A stretch of 62,071 nucleotides of DNA, the filler included, from Candidatus Nezhaarchaeota archaeon WYZ-LMO8 (lineage in GTDB: Archaea; Thermoproteota; Methanomethylicia; Nezhaarchaeales; WYZ-LMO8), in the NCBI GenBank assembly GCA_004347965.1. It is 5 parts of 5 records of this genome, joined end to end, with 100 filler letters (N's around TTAATTAATTAA, not from the genome) between each part and the next. Parts side by side here need not be neighbours in the genome. Positions count along the whole stretch, not along the records: positions 50,689 to 62,071 come from QNVF01000039.1; 4 more parts are not named here. One strand, given 5' to 3'. The notes below the pieces were generated by a model. That model was not told the DNA's origin and ran no database searches. It was given only the letters and a program-made list of their open reading frames with translations. The position numbers were made by a program, and so were the translations under genes. Shown one piece after another: positions 59,293 through 62,071 of the stretch (the stretch's first letter is position 1; each line of letters starts with the position of its first letter).

Positions 59293-60408
59293 CTATCGCT
59301 TTAACCTTTCGTAGACTATGAAGAAGGCTGTAAGCGCTACCGTGATCGTCACAACAATAGTTGTCCAAGTAGCAAAGATCAATGGCGTCCTTGTAGGATC
59401 TAAGAGAAGTAGTGACGCTTCCACTAAAGGCTGTCTCAATAAGGCACAGAATATCGCTGACACTATTTCATGCCATAACTTCTGTTCGCTTAATAAGTGC
59501 TTATGCATACCTTTAGCAGCCAGTAATATTATGGATGCTATTACTATAAGGTCTATAGTTGTAACATCAAACGTTATGGGGTTATAGCTCTTTGGATTTA
59601 AGAGGTATATCCCTATAAGCTCTCCTATAGTTAAAGACGGATATTTGTTGATGGCTGAAAATACTGCTGATGCTCCTAGGTATAGAGCCACGATAATTGT
59701 TATTGTAGCTATAAAGGAGCCAAAGAAGAGGACTGGAGCTGTTGACCAGCTTTGAGAGAGTCTCTTATCTAAACTGAAACCTTTAACCAACATCGTCAGC
59801 CCTATGATCAATAATAATGCTATTCCTGCGTAGTGTGCATAACCTAAGCAGATGAGCGCTGCTAATGCCACTAAAAAAATTCCCGGTAATCCTAGCACGT
59901 AGAGAGAGTATCTAGGGTTCTCAACAATACTCCTCCAATACTTAACGAAGAGAGAGTAAGCATCTTCTATTTCACGCACTTGCTTCACGAGTACTCTGTT
60001 TATAGAGACTATAGGGACTCTAGCCTGCAATATAGGTATGACTCGCTCATCTGATGCTCCATCACTCACAAAAATAATTCCATCAGCATCATAATCCTTA
60101 AGGATTGCATCGACTTCGCTTGCAATTTTCATGTCTGCCTTAATTCCCCCCTCTCTTGAGCCTGCAACAGTTGCAATTTCGCAATTGAACCCCTCTTTAA
60201 CTAACTCATTGTAAAGCTTAATGGCTGCAAAGAGAGCATTGGCATCAGCTTCATCGGGCACTTTAAGAATGAACTCTGTAGCTACCTTGAGGTTTGCATC
60301 CTTACCAATAATTGGTGTTTTAACTCCAGTAACGTTACTTATGTCTCCATCCCTGTCAACGTATAAAACCAAGAGTTTCTTCCCGAAGAGGGAGCTCATA
60401 GCAAACAC
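59293..60408 (-). CDS. DUF373 family membrane protein
   Basis: LVLYVDRDGD, DANALF, SDGASDE plus C-terminal TM helices. Confidence 0.88.
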   Translation of the reverse strand: MFAMSSLFGKKLLVLYVDRDGDISNVTGVKTPIIGKDANLKVATEFILKVPDEADANALFAAIKLYNELVKEGFNCEIATVAGSREGGIKADMKIASEVDAILKDYDADGIIFVSDGASDERVIPILQARVPIVSINRVLVKQVREIEDAYSLFVKYWRSIVENPRYSLYVLGLPGIFLVALAALICLGYAHYAGIALLLIIGLTMLVKGFSLDKRLSQSWSTAPVLFFGSFIATITIIVALYLGASAVFSAINKYPSLTIGELIGIYLLNPKSYNPITFDVTTIDLIVIASIILLAAKGMHKHLLSEQKLWHEIVSAIFCALLRQPLVEASLLLLDPTRTPLIFATWTTIVVTITVALTAFFIVYERLKR

Positions 60409-61269
60409 TTAAAGCCTTACCTTTCTTCCCATCTTAAGCTCTTCAAGCATTTTCTCATAAACCTTTTCAAGCTCCTCCTCCTTAGCCACAAGCTTTGTAG
60501 CTTCTTCCTCGATTTTTTTGATTAAAATCTCTTCCTCTTTTTTCCTAATTTCTCTCAAGAGGTTCTTTAATTCCTCTTTTAGCTCCTCCCTCCTCTTCTT
60601 TAGTAATGAGATCTTCTCTTTAATGGTCTTAATGCTCTCCTCAGCTTCCCCTCTCCTCTGAATTATAACTTCAAGCTTCTGTCTAGTCTCTGAAAGCTTT
60701 TCTTTAAACCTTTCAACCTCACTTTTCAGTTGTTTTAGCTCTTCCGCCACCTGGCTGCGCATCAACTCATTCCTACGAATTTCGTCCTCTTTTCTATAAA
60801 GCTTTTCAGCTATGAAGACTAACAATCTAGTTTTCTCTATTGTCCTCACGAAGTTCTTTTCCTCTTCGAGGCTTAGTGAAGATGTTTGATACTTCCACTC
60901 TAAGAGGTCCAATTCCTTCTTTAATTCATCGATATTCCTTCTTCCAAGCTTTAATCTTAAAGCCTTGACTTCTTCTCGTAATCTCCTATCTTCCACCTTT
61001 AGAGCCTTAAGCTCTTCTTTCTTCCTTAAAATTTGTTGTATTTTGTCTAAGATCTCATTCTTTAACCTTTTGATCTCTTGCCTTAAACATGCTATCTCAT
61101 TCTTCAGCTCTCCTCTTAACTTCTTCTTCTCCTCAAGGTCTTTGTATAAACTATTAATTTCTTCTCTCATCTTGTTTAATTCACACTTTAGTCTAAGCTC
61201 CTCTTCAGCTTCTTTGTCTCTACAATCTTTCACATATGATCTCAAGGGTAACACCAATTTTAGTACCAA
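60409..61269 (-). CDS. Archaeal long coiled-coil protein (COG1340-like)
   Basis: E/K-rich heptads, LEWKYQTSSLSLEEEK motif; adjacent to DUF373. Confidence 0.75.
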   Translation of the reverse strand: MVLKLVLPLRSYVKDCRDKEAEEELRLKCELNKMREEINSLYKDLEEKKKLRGELKNEIACLRQEIKRLKNEILDKIQQILRKKEELKALKVEDRRLREEVKALRLKLGRRNIDELKKELDLLEWKYQTSSLSLEEEKNFVRTIEKTRLLVFIAEKLYRKEDEIRRNELMRSQVAEELKQLKSEVERFKEKLSETRQKLEVIIQRRGEAEESIKTIKEKISLLKKRREELKEELKNLLREIRKKEEEILIKKIEEEATKLVAKEEELEKVYEKMLEELKMGRKVRL

Positions 61270-62057
61270 ATGTCATCAATTCTGAAGGGACCAACATCAA
61301 CAAACTCTTCCTCTCCACCAGCAAATATTCTTTGTAGCTCTGCAAATAATTCATCTAACCCCTCACCAGTTATTGAGGAAACTGGGATTATATTCGTTAA
61401 GCTCTCAAGTTCAGTCAATGTTAGCATGATGCTTCGACTAAAATCACCTAAAAGGGGGTTCTCCTCCTTACCTATTATGCTGGATATGTATTCTATATGT
61501 TCAAACCATCTTGATGCTATTTCACGATCCTTCTTAGTCAAGAGGTCTGACTTTGATAAGATACATACTTGAGGCTTCAATAAGCTAAAGCGAACCGAGG
61601 CTGAGAGCAACAATGATGATGCAAGGCTACTAGGCTTCCTCATTAAGCTTGCATCAATGAGGTACACTACTGCTGTTCTCTCGGAGCACAATGTCGATAT
61701 TATAGCTCTACCTGCTTCTCTAAAAGCAAAAAGCTCCATCTGACCTGGTGTATCTACTAGCACATATGTTGGGTTATCCTTCTCAGTCTCCTCCTTCAGT
61801 CTCTCAGCAAAGCTAGCTATCATGTCTGCGCACGCTATGAATGCTCCATTAGGCCCCAAAGTAAGCTCGGTCATAACCTTCTCAAAGCTTATGTAATCTC
61901 TAACATCGACATCGGGCCCATAAGGCAACCATTTAGCTCCTGGATCTAGGTTTACTACTGTGACGTCTTGATCTCGATCTCTAAGCCATCTCGAAAACAC
62001 ATCAACTAACGTGGACTTTCCAGAGCCAGCCGTACCTACGAAATACACGTAAAACAT
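61260..62057 (-). CDS. GPN-loop GTPase
   Basis: GTAGSGKS, NLDPG, LGPNGA, DTPGQMELF. Confidence 0.93.
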   Translation of the reverse strand: MFYVYFVGTAGSGKSTLVDVFSRWLRDRDQDVTVVNLDPGAKWLPYGPDVDVRDYISFEKVMTELTLGPNGAFIACADMIASFAERLKEETEKDNPTYVLVDTPGQMELFAFREAGRAIISTLCSERTAVVYLIDASLMRKPSSLASSLLLSASVRFSLLKPQVCILSKSDLLTKKDREIASRWFEHIEYISSIIGKEENPLLGDFSRSIMLTLTELESLTNIIPVSSITGEGLDELFAELQRIFAGGEEEFVDVGPFRIDDIWY

Positions 62058-62071
62058 GAGTTACCTACTCC

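Noticed and set aside
60409..61269. Coiled-coil protein as SMC or cytoskeletal element
   Set aside because: No Walker motifs or hinge; it fits the common archaeal coiled-coil gene found beside DUF373
1..62071. CRISPR arrays, tRNA/rRNA genes, transposases, integrases
   Set aside because: No repeat-spacer periodicity, T-loop/cloverleaf pattern or recombinase motifs seen by eye; a covariance-model scan would be needed to fully exclude small RNAs

Overview
This is archaeal (TACK-type) sequence made of five separate contigs (1-13660, 13761-27173, 27274-39093, 39194-50588, 50689-62071). They are joined by artificial 100-nt spacers (N44-TTAATTAATTAA-N44) and ordered by decreasing length, so gene adjacency across the spacers is not biological. 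Most genes are dense housekeeping or metabolic: cofD, Fe-ADH, larE, beta-CASP nuclease, the HMG-CoA synthase/thiolase/DUF35 operon, glyS, XPD helicase, phosphohexomutase, RNase P proteins, leuC/leuD-like aconitase, gap/pgk, tsr3, RimK-family ligase, trxA, nrdH-nrdD, ino1, pyrB/pyrI, A-type ATPase F/A/B, GGGP synthase, elf1 and a GPN GTPase. Elf1 and a ThermoDBP-related protein together with F420 and methanogen-like genes suggest a Methanomethylicia/Nezhaarchaeales-like lineage (inference). The main points for a second look are: (1) a thiolase in the mevalonate operon that has lost its catalytic Cys and His residues; (2) a dsrE-tusA-iscS-iscU sulfur-relay operon inside a decaying copper/redox stress region with unannotated remnants (internally deleted thioredoxin reductase, frameshifted Hsp20, truncated ferredoxin) and a 48-aa YHS chaperone absent from the ORF track; (3) a candidate box C/D sRNA overlapping the end of rnp2; (4) a TFS paralogue lacking the catalytic C-terminal ribbon; (5) a stand-alone double-psi-barrel-like protein. 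I saw no tRNA, rRNA, CRISPR array or transposase.
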